From Octopus sinensis (taxonomy: Eukaryota), in contig NC_043013.1 in the NCBI RefSeq assembly GCF_006345805.1, positions 33,108,001 to 33,172,000 of the forward strand: a stretch of 64,000 nucleotides of DNA. The letters run 5' to 3'. Of the stretch, positions 26,791 to 39,850 are shown one piece after another; position 1 is the stretch's first letter; each line of letters starts with the position of its first letter. Position numbers and translations under genes: made by a program. The notes under the pieces are model-generated. The model saw only the letters and a program-made list of their open reading frames with translations. It did no database searches and was not told the origin of the DNA.

Positions 26791-27098
26791 AGCATGACAC
26801 AAAAGCAGACACACACATACACTCTCACACATGCACGCACACGCACACGCTCATATATGTTATACACACACATGCAAATAAGCTGTGGTAAATGTCACTG
26901 ATGGTTTCAATTTTTAATAACTTCCTTAACTCTACAAACAAATGGATGGCGTTTTGATGCAATATAAAGGACATAATGGTAATTAATATACACAAGTCAA
27001 ATTTTGCAACAACACTACATCACATATGAAAATTGACATCGCTTAAATGGAAGCCATCTTTGGCTTCGCACGCTCGTGCTCTTTTCAAAACCTGCACC

Positions 27099-27269
27099 AT
27101 GATTAAGACCTTTTTGCGACGAGCCGTTCAAAGTAGACCTCACACATGGTTCCAGCGAGATGGAACAACTGCTCATAGCACTAGAAGAACAATGCAGTTG
27201 CTACTGCAGTGCTTTAGAGAGAGAATTATATCCCTCTACGGCAATGTCAACTGGCCTTCACGCTTCCCG
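27099..27269 (+). pseudogene. Tc1/mariner transposase catalytic-domain fragment
   Basis: WFQRDGTTAHSTRRTMQLLLQCFRERIISLYGNVNWPSRFP matches the WFQQDGATAH...WPPRSPDL motif. Truncated by a SINE tail. Confidence 0.9.
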
Positions 27270-27393
27270 GGCAAAAGAGACCGATGGAATAAGTACTAGG
27301 CTTACAAAGAATAAGTCCTGGGCTCAATTTGCTCGACTAAAGTTGGTGCTCCAGCATGGCTTCAGTCACATGACTGAAACAAGTAAAAGTAAA
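27269..27393 (+). mobile_element. Family A SINE tail (5'-truncated)
   Basis: GGCAAAAGAGACCGATGGAATAAGTACTAGG...GGTGCTCCAGCATGG..TGACTGAAACAAGTAAAAG. Confidence 0.9.
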
Positions 27394-27467
27394 ATAGTAT
27401 ATATAAACATATCTACTTGTATATGTTTATGAATATATGAATGTATATATGTATGTATGTGTGTATG

Positions 27468-27590
27468 TACGACGGGTTTGTTTTAGCTTCCGTCTACCAA
27501 ATCGGTCCACAAATCCTTGGTCGGACCGGTACTATAGTAGAAGACGAGTCCAATGTACTACCCAGTGGGACTGAATCGAGAGCCACGGAG
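27468..27590 (-). mobile_element. Degenerate family A SINE 5' part
   Basis: TTCCGTCTACCAAATC..TTGGTCGG..CTATAGTAGAAGAC..CAGTGGGACTGAA. Confidence 0.75.
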
Positions 27591-27853
27591 TCAGCAAAAA
27601 GTAAAGAGAATGAAATATTGTTTGTCTAGCTGTAGAAGATCGCTCTTTTCTTATCCTACCTTCTGTTGAAATACAGGAACCGAAACTGCAGAGCATCAGA
27701 TCTTCACTTCTGTTAAACACATTCGATATTTCTACTAAGACCAATCTAATAAGTTAACAGTCAACACCATAATAATCCTAATGATGACACGAAACTGAAA
27801 TATGAATATATGCAAAGAATCTACTACACCACAAATATAACTTTAACACAGTA

Positions 27854-28253
27854 ATCTTTTCTACTCTAGGCACAAGACCCGAAATTTTTGGGGACGGGGC
27901 CAGTCGATTAGATCGATCCCAGTAAGCAAATGGTACTTATTTAATCAACCCCGAAAGGATGAAAGGCAAAGTCGACCTCGGTGAAATTTGAACTCAGAAC
28001 GTAACGACAGACGAAATACCTATTTCTTTACTATCCACAAGAAGCTAAACACAGAGGCGACAAACAAGGACAGACAGACGGATTAAGTCAATTATATCAA
28101 CCCCAGTGCGTAGCTGGTACTTAATTTATTGACCCCGAAAAGATGAAAGGCAAAGTCGACCTCGGTGTAATTTGAACTCAGAACGTAACGACAGACGAAA
28201 TACCACTAAAGCATTTCGCCCGGTGTGCTAACTTTTCTGCCAGCTCGCCGTCT
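27854..28253 (-). mobile_element. Family C SINE dimer with 18-bp TSD
   Basis: Two GAAAGGCAAAGTCGACCTCGG units. Flanks TATAACTTTAACACAGTA (27836-27853) and TATAACTTTAGCACAATA (28254-28271). Confidence 0.9.
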
Positions 28254-28283
28254 TATAACTTTAGCACAATATTACAACAACAC

Positions 28284-28420
28284 GGAATGCGCGTGGCCTA
28301 ATGGTTAAGCTGTTGCACTCACGATCGCTAGATCGTGGGTTCTATTCTCTGCATGGGAGGCGCGTTGCTTTTTGTTCTTAAGCAAAGCACTACGTTTCAC
28401 GTTGCACCAGTTTCTCCTTT
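28284..28420 (+). mobile_element. Family B SINE head + M1 middle, degenerate
   Basis: GCGCGTGGCCTAATGGTTAAG, GGGTTCTATTCT, GTTCTTAAGCAAAGCACT..TTTCACGTTGC. Confidence 0.8.
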
Positions 28421-28742
28421 CGATCAGGGAGGCAATGTTGTCTCGCTCGTCTAACCAGATAACGATAAAAACGACAGCAGCAAAACCGACCACAACAGAA
28501 GCAACAAGGACAAACTCATGTACAAGACCAAGAAGAACATCACCAGCCAAGAGCATGTTTATTGTTTCATGCAATAATATATTTCATCTTCATTTTCTAT
28601 TACTGATCCTTTCGTGCTTCCTATCGCTTCTTTTTCTTATTCTCCCTACCTGCTTCTCCAGTTTTTCGTTCCTCTCACACTTTCGTATTGTCAGATATTA
28701 TATGCTAAGTTGTTTTATTGTTTATCTACCTAGCAAGTCTGC

Positions 28743-28841
<99 letters not shown>

Positions 28842-28860
28842 CCTACCTACCTATCTATCT

Positions 28861-29045
28861 ATTTCTTTTTTAAAATTTTTTTGTTCTTTCTTTCCCTTTT
28901 ACGATCCCTTTTGATCGAAAACCTACGCCACCTTTTTTTTGTTTCCTTTGTTTTTTGTTTTTTGTTTTTTTCATCCCCCAAAAGAAAAACTCTACCTTGT
29001 AACTTGTCCCATCTGTGTGCAGCCCTCTGTGGCCAATAAAGAAAC
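28861..29045 (+). mobile_element. LINE-like 3' end adjacent to (TCTA)n (second copy)
   Basis: TTTTACGATCCCTTTTGATCGAAAA...CTCTACCTTGTAACTTGTCCCATCTGTGTGCAGCCCTCTGTGGCCAATAAAGAAAC. Preceded by (TCTA)n at 28742-28860. Confidence 0.75.
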
Positions 29046-29056
29046 TTATCTAGTCT

Positions 29057-29092
<36 letters not shown>

Positions 29093-29634
29093 TCCTCCTG
29101 TCTTTCTTTCTTTCCTTCTTTCCTTCTTTCTTTCTTTCTGTCTTTATTTCTTTCCTTCTTTCTTTCTTTCTGTCTTTATTTCATTCCTTCTTTCTTTCTG
29201 TCATTCTTTCTTTCTCCTACCACTCGTTTCTTTCCTTACTTACTCATTCTTTAGTTCCACATCCTACACACACACACACACGCGCACATACACACACACG
29301 CGCACATACACACACACACACACTCATAAATACACACATAAACACACACACACACGCACACTCATATTCCATTAAATCCTTTCAGTTTTTCTCCAATCCT
29401 AACTATTCTGCCATTTTTCTATACTTATTCTGTTCTTTCTTTCTCTATTTCTTCTCTTTAACTCTGGCCACTTTTATTCCTGCTCTTCTTGTTGCTGTCG
29501 TTACTATAATAATCATTTAGAAAAAAATATTGCTCCCTCGTTCCTTTTGTATTTACGTTTTTAATTTTTTCATTTCTATATTTTTCGTAACATTATATCA
29601 TAGCCTCACTTTTGTTTTATCACGACAGTTTACC

Positions 29635-29694
<60 letters not shown>

Positions 29695-29717
29695 CATCAT
29701 CATCATCATCATCATCA

Positions 29718-29782
<65 letters not shown>

Positions 29783-29900
29783 GTTATTATTATTGTTATT
29801 ATTATTGTTATTATTATTGTTATTATTATTGTTATTATTATTGTTATTATTATTGTTATTATTACTGTTATTATTATTGTTATTATTATTGTTATTATTA

Positions 29901-29952
<52 letters not shown>
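29635..29952. repeat. (TAT)n array with (CAT)n insert and a 12-bp higher-order (TAT)3TGT segment
   Basis: Directly visible. Confidence 0.95.
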
Positions 29953-29957
<5 letters not shown>

Positions 29958-30526
29958 CAACTGCCTTGAATATATTTTTAAAAAAGCCTTCTATTTTGTC
30001 TTCTTTTTTTTCTCTCCTCCAGAGCATTGCGTATTTTTTTTATTTTAAAGTTCAACGTATTTTTTCATTTATTTTACATATTTTATTCGTATATATAGTT
30101 TTATTTATGTATTTACCGGAGAAAAAAAAAGAAACTTTAAAAAAGACATTAAGACAGAAAGAAAAAAATTCAAAACTCTAAAAAAATAATATGTAAAAAA
30201 ATATATGTTTGAATACGTACAACATAAAAATATATAAAAATATATGAAAGAAAATAAATAAATTTTAAAAAGTTGAAAAATAGAGTAGTAAATTAAATCA
30301 AGAAAAAGTAATAAAATAAGAATACAAAATAAGAATAGTACAAAGAGGGCAAGAGTTTGTAAGAATGGGAGAAAAAAAACAACCCCAAAACACAGAGCTG
30401 TGAAAGAGCAATCGTTTCGAGATGAAATAATTTAAAATGGTGAATGTCAAAGTAGGCGCCGAAAGAGAGAAAGACAAGTTGTGTTGTGAGAGGAACTCAA
30501 TCGTTTTAGAGGGGAGAGAGAGATTA

Positions 30527-30609
<83 letters not shown>

Positions 30610-30730
30610 AAGCGAAAGAAAATAAGATGAGAGTTATTTGGAATTGTTAAAGCGGTAGAAAGAAAGTGATTGGGAGATATCTGAGATGTAGATCCATTTA
30701 CAAAGATAGAAAGGGAAAGAAAGACAGAAG

Positions 30731-30774
<44 letters not shown>

Positions 30775-33700
30775 ATGAAAAATGGGAGAGAGAGAGATAT
30801 AATGATGAAGAGCGTCAGCAAAGGAGAGGAAGGATGCTAGGGGTGATGAAGATTGTAAAATGGGTGTTTGGTAAACGGTTTTGAACCGCTGGCTATAATT
30901 GTCTGTAAAATACGAGGCGTTTCAAAACATCGTTTACTTGGTATGATCTCTACTTATGGTGAGAAGAAATTTAAATGTTAAAAACAAATAGAGAAACACT
31001 CAAACATAAACAACGATAAAACACGCAAGGGAGAAGCGAAAAGAGAAAGAAAAAGGGAAGGAGATAAAAAGACGAAAAATAAAAGAGAGGATAGTGAAGA
31101 AAAGGCGGTTTGTTGGGGAATGAGGTTGAAGAGATTTTAATGGTTCGGGTTATTTCATCGGGTCTCTTTGGTCTAAGTATCAATTGTACTACAATAAGGT
31201 ACTTAGCTGTGAAGGATTTAAAGAGGATACGGGTGGGTGTGTAGACGAGAGAAAAAGAACTGGGGAGGCGAGAAAGATAAGATAGAAAGAGTACAACAAC
31301 GGAAAAATTAGATAAACGTTGGGGTGGTTACTATTAAAGAATAAATAGCTGAAATGTTTAAATAAATAAATAATTTAAAATTCTCGCCGAGTGTCTTTAT
31401 GTTGTTATTGAAGTTTTTTAGCGTTGATATTTAATCTGATGATATTATTTTGGATTTTTGAATGGCAGTATTGTTAGGTACTTAAGGCCTTATAGTATAT
31501 ATGTGTCTGTCATCCAAGACTTCAAATTCCACCGAAAAATTACATAGAATAGCAGTCAAGTACTAAGCCTGACAAAATGACTATGCACACCCATGAAATA
31601 TGTCCATGTTACAAATTGATAAGTTATCTGCAACAATGGTGACAAACACTGAGGATGCTACAACTACATGAAATCTGCGACAGGATTCTAGTATTGATTT
31701 AAGATTTTTGCGTTTCTCCTTACCAATATTTTGCAGTGTCCACAGGAATTACACGAACGTTAATATTTCACAATTTCCCCTCAACGTATAAAGTTTTCTG
31801 GCAACTCCAAAAATCTTGATTCGATTTTCATATTTGGACATGACTTAATATAGAAGAAAATAAAATCCCCCGGGAAATTCGGTTGAACAAATAACCTTAG
31901 TCAACTTGCATTCATGGATGTTATAACGTTGTCGATAAATACAACACAAGTGGAAATTATTCCGAAACAAGTCACTATGAAATTATTATGCCCATCAATT
32001 TTCCACTTGTATATTCGAAGGTAGCTTACTGTTGCAGAGTAACTATGCTTATTTAAATTTGTAACTATTAACTTAACTTGCTAAAGATCAAATTTTGTAG
32101 CATATATATTAAATTTTCAGTTGTCTAAAAAATATTCATGATAGTGTGATCACATCTCATCTACCTTACAACTCCAAGATGAGGCTATAACTTAAACATC
32201 TCTGAGGTCTTATCACGATATTTAGATTATTTATCTAACTTTTCCCTGTGCCTTCTCTTTACATACACTTAGAAGAATAGTTACTAGTTCATTTTCAGTT
32301 TCTCTAAACTCTTAGGTTAAAAACAAACACAGCAATAAGATAATCTCTAGTACTTATATCGGCTGCATAAGCATTGCTTTAAAGTTAGTTCGTATCAATG
32401 TAGTCATATATTTGTAAAGCGTAAAAGAAAATACGCCTCAAGCATTTCTAAATACATTTGGATTTTGAAAGAATTTGAATACGTTTGTGTTGACAATTTA
32501 GTTATGTATCAGTCATGCTACACCAAACAACACTGGAATTTTCGTTCAAATCTTTGCCACAGGCTCATTTTTGGGGATACATTAAGAATATTATTTCAAG
32601 ATCGTAACAGTTTGAATGAACGATTAAAGAAATAAAGTATGTGAGAGCATGCTTCAAAGTAAATATATCGAAATTATATCGGCAAATGATTTAAACAGCA
32701 AACATCACAAAAATTGCAATAACAGGTATTTTTTCCTTACAAATTTCTATCAACGTTTAAATGCATTTTACATTCACGTTTAAAAACGCCTAAAAGCACT
32801 TTACTGCTACATGGTATTTTCGTTGTATTGTTATGTTTTAAACACACGCAATGTTCCCATAAATATAAATTTTACGCTTTTGGATATACATATATATTTC
32901 ATATACATAAATATAGGTTCATAAGGCTTCTATAGTTTTATATAATAAATTATTATCCATATAACGTTGATCATCACATCCGCCCCTCCATTGTTCAAAG
33001 AACGGCAAATCATTTTCTAATATGTGTTATTCCATATCAACAAATAAGCTTTCGCTGTACCATTCAAACATATTATATTGTATGTTCATTATAAACCAAA
33101 TTCGTTTTTTATGATATATTTTCCATAGATTTCCGAAGATCGGCAACGACGAACTCTGAGTAGGAAATTGTGAAGTTTCAGCTTGGCTTGCAATAAATTA
33201 TATCATTAAACTTCCAGTATCGAATACTCTCTTTTCTTCACTCTTGTTTACATTTAAGTATTTACATACACAAACACATAAACGTAAATTCATATACATA
33301 CGTGTGTCTATGTACAAATATACAAACATCGATACAGAAACACATGCGTATAAGCGAAAAGATATAAACTTGCCATTAATAACCAAAACTCTAGGTTGAT
33401 ATTCTCTGTTATATTTGTTTATATCACCTCAACAAAACCAACACAAAAAAAAGCAGCAGCAACAGCAAAACACTACTTAGAATTATTTCCCCTCTCCTAT
33501 CCTCTCCCATGAAATATGACATAAACCACAACCTAAGTAAAAACCATGATAATGCCTAAAACAGACAAACCAACAAACAAAGAAACAATGGAATATTCTA
33601 CAAGATACTCCAGAATTCTTTAATCTTGTTATTTTTGTCAGTAAATATATATATTCCAGTCTAGATTCATTCATCACTGGAGCCATGCTGTTAAATTCAA

Positions 33701-34509
33701 TTTCTTTCTTTGATTCTCATTTTCTCCTCTTATCGATATAATATCGCTGTTGTTTCTGCTTTTCTTACGTTCACTCGCCTTCTTTTATACTGCTGGACAT
33801 GTGTATATATGCGTGTATACATATCCATACATGCAAGCACATGCACACACATATGCATGCACACACATATGCATGCACACACAGACATACATATATGCGT
33901 ATATATATATATATATATATATATGCACAAAAACATATACGTATATATGTTAATATGCTTAATTTACATTGTTTATGTATATGTTTCTGTATTTATATAT
34001 GCATATATAAGCACACATATATATATATGTAAATGTGTGTATATAGGCATATATGATATGCATTTGTGTGCGTGTTTATATACATACATATAGATATATG
34101 CATATTTATTACTGTATAGTGATTTATATACACGTGTAATTATATTCATATGCATATATACATACACATCACATACAATTGCATGTATGTATATATGCGT
34201 GTGTGTTCGGATATAAGTCGTAGTATATAACATTCATTGGTATAATATACACAAGTTTAAACTCACACACGCAACCCACACAGTCAAAGGAACATACACA
34301 TACATACGCACGCTAACAGCACATCTCTTTCTCTTTCACTGTTTCTCTCTCTCTCCCTATGTGTGTGTGTGTATGTATATGTATCGATGTGTATGTGCGC
34401 GTATTTCTGACATGCGTAAGTGTGTATGTTGATGTGAATGAGTGAGAATTGTGCAAACAATTTTTTTAAGGAGTGAGAATGTTCTCGGTCATGTTATTTT
34501 TTCTCCCTT

Positions 34510-34559
<50 letters not shown>

Positions 34560-35129
34560 GATATATATATATATATATATCACTCTTACTACCACTCCAT
34601 CATCCTCTCTCTATCTTTCTATTATTCTATGTATGGTAGTGCATGACAGTTATTATATCTGCTGTCTATCTCATACTCATTTTGTTTTTGTGCCCTAACG
34701 CGCATGTCTGAATAAAAAACAGAAACGAACCAAAATAAAAAAAAAACAATATCACGTTCAATCATGAAATATTTTATGTCCAGTATGTAAAATACTATTT
34801 AAAATTAATATATTTATCTGTCACACAAGTGATATAAAATATAAATGATGAGTATTTTTCTCCTCACTGAAAACATATACGTAAGAAACTTGTCTAGAAT
34901 TTTTTTAAGCTTTTGGTTTTTTTTTCTCTATACACGCATAATTTTGAAGTTTCATAATTTCACATACACATACATACAAAAAATTAAAATGAAACACAGA
35001 CACACATATATACACACACACAAGGAATTGTATTCTTGATTATATGAAATATATAATTGTTAGCTATATTTCTTGTGAAGTTGACTGAATTCGTGACCTC
35101 TATCTTTACTCTAACACCTTGAACACCAC

Positions 35130-35161
<32 letters not shown>

Positions 35162-35285
35162 CTACCGACAAAAAGTAGACATTCGACCAGCCAATCAACC
35201 AAAATTAGCAACAAGTTCTCTCTCCATCATATCATACTGCTTTCATAGAACAATCATATCTGATAAAAATATTGTAATAATAATG

Positions 35286-35336
<51 letters not shown>

Positions 35337-35353
35337 TAATAATAATAACAACA

Positions 35354-35671
35354 ACAAGAGCACTCAGAGAGCGAACCTCCGCAAAGGCAACACCAACGTT
35401 GTCTCAATGATTTGCCGGAGGTAATTTTTAAAATGAGAATATCTGAAATAATCTCGAGTTCTCTCACAAACGAGAATACTAAAAATGAACCCGATTGCTC
35501 TCAAATATTAAGTAAAAAAAAACATGAAAAATATTCCAGAATCATGGTCCGGTATCAGATCGATCCCAAAATTTAATCAGTTCGTGCCAGTCACGAGGCC
35601 AAACATCCCAGAAACTTTCATCGGAATCCAACCAGAAAAAAAATCACGACTGAAAACTTCGCTATGGTGGA

Positions 35672-35677
<6 letters not shown>
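35354..35677 (-). mobile_element. HINE/DINE-1-like (Helentron-associated) non-autonomous element
   Basis: Reverse-complement homologue of 47421-47773. Terminal stem-loop GCACTC-AGA-GAGCG, subterminal ACCTCCGCAAAGG / ..GGTGGAGGT. Flanked by (AAT)n. Confidence 0.7.
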
Positions 35678-35747
<70 letters not shown>

Positions 35748-35774
35748 CGATGATGATGATGATGATGATTGTAT

Positions 35775-35805
<31 letters not shown>

Positions 35806-35806
<1 letters not shown>

Positions 35807-36327
35807 CTTGCGCAGAAACGTACAAGCGTAGACACGACAAGGTAGCCCAAAACCTCCACTGGCTACTATGCCATAAGTATGGATATGAGGTTGCGAGTGT
35901 TTGGTACCAACTTACACCAGAAAAGGTAACGGACGAAAAGGGGAAGGCAACATTCTTCTGGGACTTTGACTTCCGGACATACAAGGTATTAGAACACCGA
36001 AGGCCGGATATAGTAACCTTTAGGAGGGACAAACAAGAGTTCCTAATAATTGAGGTGGCAGTGCCAGGAGATCAATATATTATCATGAAAGAAAGAGAAA
36101 AGGTTGATAAATATGGAGACCTGAGGATTGAGATCGCTAAGATGTGGCAGCTACAAGATTCAAGCATAAATGTTACCCCTATTGTCATCGGAGTATTGGG
36201 TTCAATACCACCCAATCTGAAAAGACATATCAAAACTTTAGAAATACCCTACAACCCAGGTGTATATAAAAAAAAGTCGGCATTACTTGGAACTGCACGC
36301 ATATTGCGTAAAGTACTGTCTGTCTGA
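35806..36327 (+). mobile_element. 5'-truncated R4/Dong-type non-LTR retrotransposon: RLE endonuclease C-terminus, stop-free
   Basis: 173 codons without a stop: YKRRHDKVAQNLHWLLC..W..P..V..FWDFDFRT..HRRPDIV..IIEVAVP..KEREKVDKYGDL..MW..VTPIVIGVLG..SALLGTARILRKVLSV*. These are the RHD and PD..(D/E)..K motifs of RLE elements. Confidence 0.92.
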
Positions 36328-36868
36328 GGTCCTTGTTGCGACTTGACAAACAGTACAAACCTTCGGTACACACAATATCTTCAATCAACAACCTCCCGAT
36401 ATTTCAATCAAAAGCCCGTATATTTTGTCGAAGACCTGTGTATAGAAATGCAGTTCATCAACTTTAGTTACTTCAGCTTTCTTGTCCGCCTTGTACTTAG
36501 ACTGGAAAGACTAAGCAATAATCATTCATCTCTTCTTTCGAACTCTGGACCAGAGCTAATCCTAATTATTTCTCTAAGTAAATAAAAAAGACTTGTTCTG
36601 CTTTGCTGGTGCGTAAACGGTTGACGTTTTCTCAGTTATATGAAAAATTTACTCCAGAAATTGTGCGCACTAAAGCGCGTATGCACACTTAGAAACACGC
36701 ACACGTACGCACACGCACAACTATACGTGTGTAGGCGTTTATCTCGACGGAAGAATGGTCGCCATGCCTGAACACTGAACGCACAAAGAGTTCCCGTTTT
36801 TAATCCGATGAGTTATTTAAGTGTTCGAGAGATATCGGTTGATATTTAACACGAAGGCGATGGAGTTT

Positions 36869-37462
36869 AAGGCGGCGAGCTGGCAGAAACGTTAGCACGC
36901 CGGGCGAAATGCGTAGCCTTGTGTTTCGTCTGCCGTTACGTTCTGGGTTCAAATTCCGCCGGGGTCGACTTTGTCTTCCATTCTTTCGGGGTCGATAAAT
37001 TAAGTTCCAGTTAGGCACTGGGGTAAATGTAATCGATTTAATCCGTTTGTCTGTCCTTGTTTGTCCCTTCTGTATTTATCCCCTTGTGAGTAGTAAAGAA
37101 ATAGTTATTTCATCTGCCGCTACGTTCTGAGTTAAAATTCCGCCGAGGTCGACTTTGCCTTTCATCCTTCCGTGGTCTATTAAATAAGTACCAGTGACGC
37201 ACTCGGGTCGATATAATCGACTGAAACTGTTTGTCTGTCCTTGTTTGTCCTCTCTGTGTTTAGCCCCTTGTGGGTAGTAAAGAAATAGGTATTTCATCTG
37301 GCGCTACGTTCTGAGTTCAAATTCCGCTGAGGTCGACTTTGTGTTTCATTCTTTCGGGCTCGATTAAATAAGTACCAGTGACGCATTGGGGTCGATGTAA
37401 TCGACTTAATCCCTTTGTTTGTCCCCATTATGTTTAGCCCATTGTAGGCAATAAAGAAATAA
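36869..37462 (+). mobile_element. Family C SINE trimer with 24-bp TSD
   Basis: One full head plus two units starting just before the B-box. Flanks ATATTTAACACGAAGGCGATGGAG (36842-36865) and ATATTTAACACGAAAGCGATGGAG (37463-37486). Confidence 0.95.
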
Positions 37463-37974
37463 ATATTTAACACGAAAGCGATGGAGCCGAGAAAGATTAT
37501 TAAGAATTTTAATTGAAGTTCGCATAAATGAGGGCAAACCAGTAAAAGAACACAAGAATGAGAGTAAACAAATTCGTGGGAGAGAATTGACACTAGCTCA
37601 ACAGTCAATACCAAACTACAAATTGTGACAATTTTTTAACAGACGTATAAACACTTCGCTTTCGATGTGGCTTTGCATTTTTTCTACATCTATAAAATAC
37701 CAATTAAAGGAAAATAATCACCTCTGTAATACTAGCTTTTTATGTTCGGATAGTTTCCCGAAATCATTCAGTGATAAATATAACTTAGTGGAAACCTTAG
37801 TGGTTATATTTCAATATTTATTATAGGAAAATTCTAGTACGCACTAGCTTTTAAATATATTAGAATATATTGCCTACATAACAAGAAAATATTAATCTGA
37901 ACACATAAATTTATACTAAATTTCACCCATGTTTTAACAAATACTTTCTGTTCTGGTATATAGTATATAAAATT

Positions 37975-38015
<41 letters not shown>

Positions 38016-38101
38016 GTATAAGTATGTATCGCTTTATCACTCTATCATATATATGTTAACCATATACACATATACTAACAATTTATTTATATATATGCAT
38101 G

Positions 38102-38138
<37 letters not shown>

Positions 38139-38869
38139 GATATATATGTGTATACAATTTTATTTCTTTGTTTGTGACAATATTCATTAAAATTGTACTT
38201 TGAAACTACATTATATATACATGCATAAATACATGTGTATATACACATATAAACGTACATAAATGCATATATTTACAACATTCCTTTTTTTTTTAATTAT
38301 TTATATTCGAAATATATGAATTAATCATTGGATAAAAATATTTGTCACTCTTGCTCAAAAGAAATAGTGAATGTAATTTCTAAAAAAAATTTAAATACAG
38401 AAAAATAAATCAAAACCTGGACAGATATGGCACACCAGCAGCAATTTAGCTTGAAGGGAGAAGAATTAATTATTACTATATATATAAACATATATATGTA
38501 TATATATTTTTACATACATAGGTGTGTGTGTATATAAATACATTTATATATGCACACGTATGTATGTATGTATGTGGATCTACAGAGAAAGAAACATATA
38601 CAGTTAGAGAGATAAATTCATTACTTAAAAAGAAAGCAGATGCAAAAACATGAACACACATGGATGCATAAATATAAAATGAGCTAGATAATAAATATCA
38701 ATATAGTTATGCGTGTGTGTATACACATATACACAGAAACACACACACACATATAAATGTACATATATAAATACTTATCTATCTATATCTATATGTATCT
38801 ATGTATGTATCTATCTATCTATATATGTATATATATTTCGTCAATTCAAATATACAAGCAATTCAAATA

Positions 38870-39030
38870 AACGAATGAAAAGGCGAGTACAAACGAACGT
38901 GTGGACGTGCACAAGAAACGTACTAGCTTCACGTTCGGTGAAAAGGGAGAGTTCAAAGTTTCGAGCATAGCTCTTCGCCTGAAGAAAGCGAAAGTCCAGA
39001 GGAAACAAAATTGCCAACGGCACGCGTGCA
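38870..39030 (-). mobile_element. Penelope-like repeat with hammerhead-like core (copy 3)
   Basis: Minus strand AGGCGAA-GAGC-TAT-GCTC-GAAAC (38958-38980). The upstream CCGTTGGC.ATTTT flank is shared with copy 1. Confidence 0.55.
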
Positions 39031-39328
39031 GTTACATTGCTGAGTGTATGTATATATGTATGTGTGTTATTATTCAGTTTATTTCAAGATTTTTTGCCAA
39101 TAGAGAAAGGAACTGTTTCTAACCTAGATCCAAGGCTTCTTCATTGGAATTGCAACATCAACAACAGGGTAGTTACGTTTGTATCTATGTATGTGCAGAT
39201 TTGTATGTTTTATGTATGTATTACCATGCACATAGTTGCATATCTAGACATGCTCATGTATATTTAAATGATAAATTTCTGGAAAGTTTTACAGATTTTT
39301 ACAATTTCAGTAATGGATTGGATCTGTA

Positions 39329-39446
39329 GTATGTATGTATGTATGTATGTATGTATGTATGTATGTATGTATGTATGTATGTATGTATGTATGTATGTAT
39401 GTATGTATGTATGTATGTATGTATGTATGTATGTATGTATGTATGT
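39329..39446. repeat. Perfect (GTAT)n tetranucleotide array
   Basis: Directly visible. Similar arrays at 8820-8942, 49495-49600 and 54020-54222. Confidence 0.95.
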
Positions 39447-39488
39447 ACGTACGTATGCATGTATGTATGCATGTATTTACGTACGTAT

Positions 39489-39664
39489 GGGAGGGGGCAG
39501 TCGATTAGATCGACTCTAATTCGCAACTAGTACTTAATTTATCCACCCCGAAAGGATAAAAGGCAAAGTCCACCTCGGCGGAATTTGAACTCAGAACGTA
39601 ACGGCAGACGAAATACCGCTAAACATTTCGCCCGGAGTGCTAACGTTTTTACCAGCTCGCCTTA
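39489..39664 (-). mobile_element. Family C SINE monomer
   Basis: AAAGGCAAAGTCCACCTCGGCGGAATTTGAACTCAGAACG...CCAGCTCGCC. Confidence 0.92.
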
Positions 39665-39734
39665 ATGTCAATGACAATAATAATTTAAAGAAGATGGGGG
39701 TCCTTGGATTCCCTATTGGTTTCATCGGCGAAGG

Positions 39735-39850
39735 TTTTTACTGGTAGACCAGTTGAACTATATACTCGTTAAATTAACGTGCATGTGATTGTGTATTCCA
39801 CAGACAAGTGTACGTAGTGTAGGAGTACGTACTGAAAATTTTCTAGCCTG
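39735..39850 (-). mobile_element. Degenerate family B tail T2 fragment
   Basis: Minus strand GTACACTTGTCTGTGGAATAC..CACATGCACGTTAATTTAACGAG aligns with 47080-47206. Confidence 0.65.

Noticed and set aside
36869-37462. CRISPR-like regularly spaced repeats
   Set aside because: Units are about 180-bp SINE monomers with no unique spacers, no cas genes, and a eukaryotic context.
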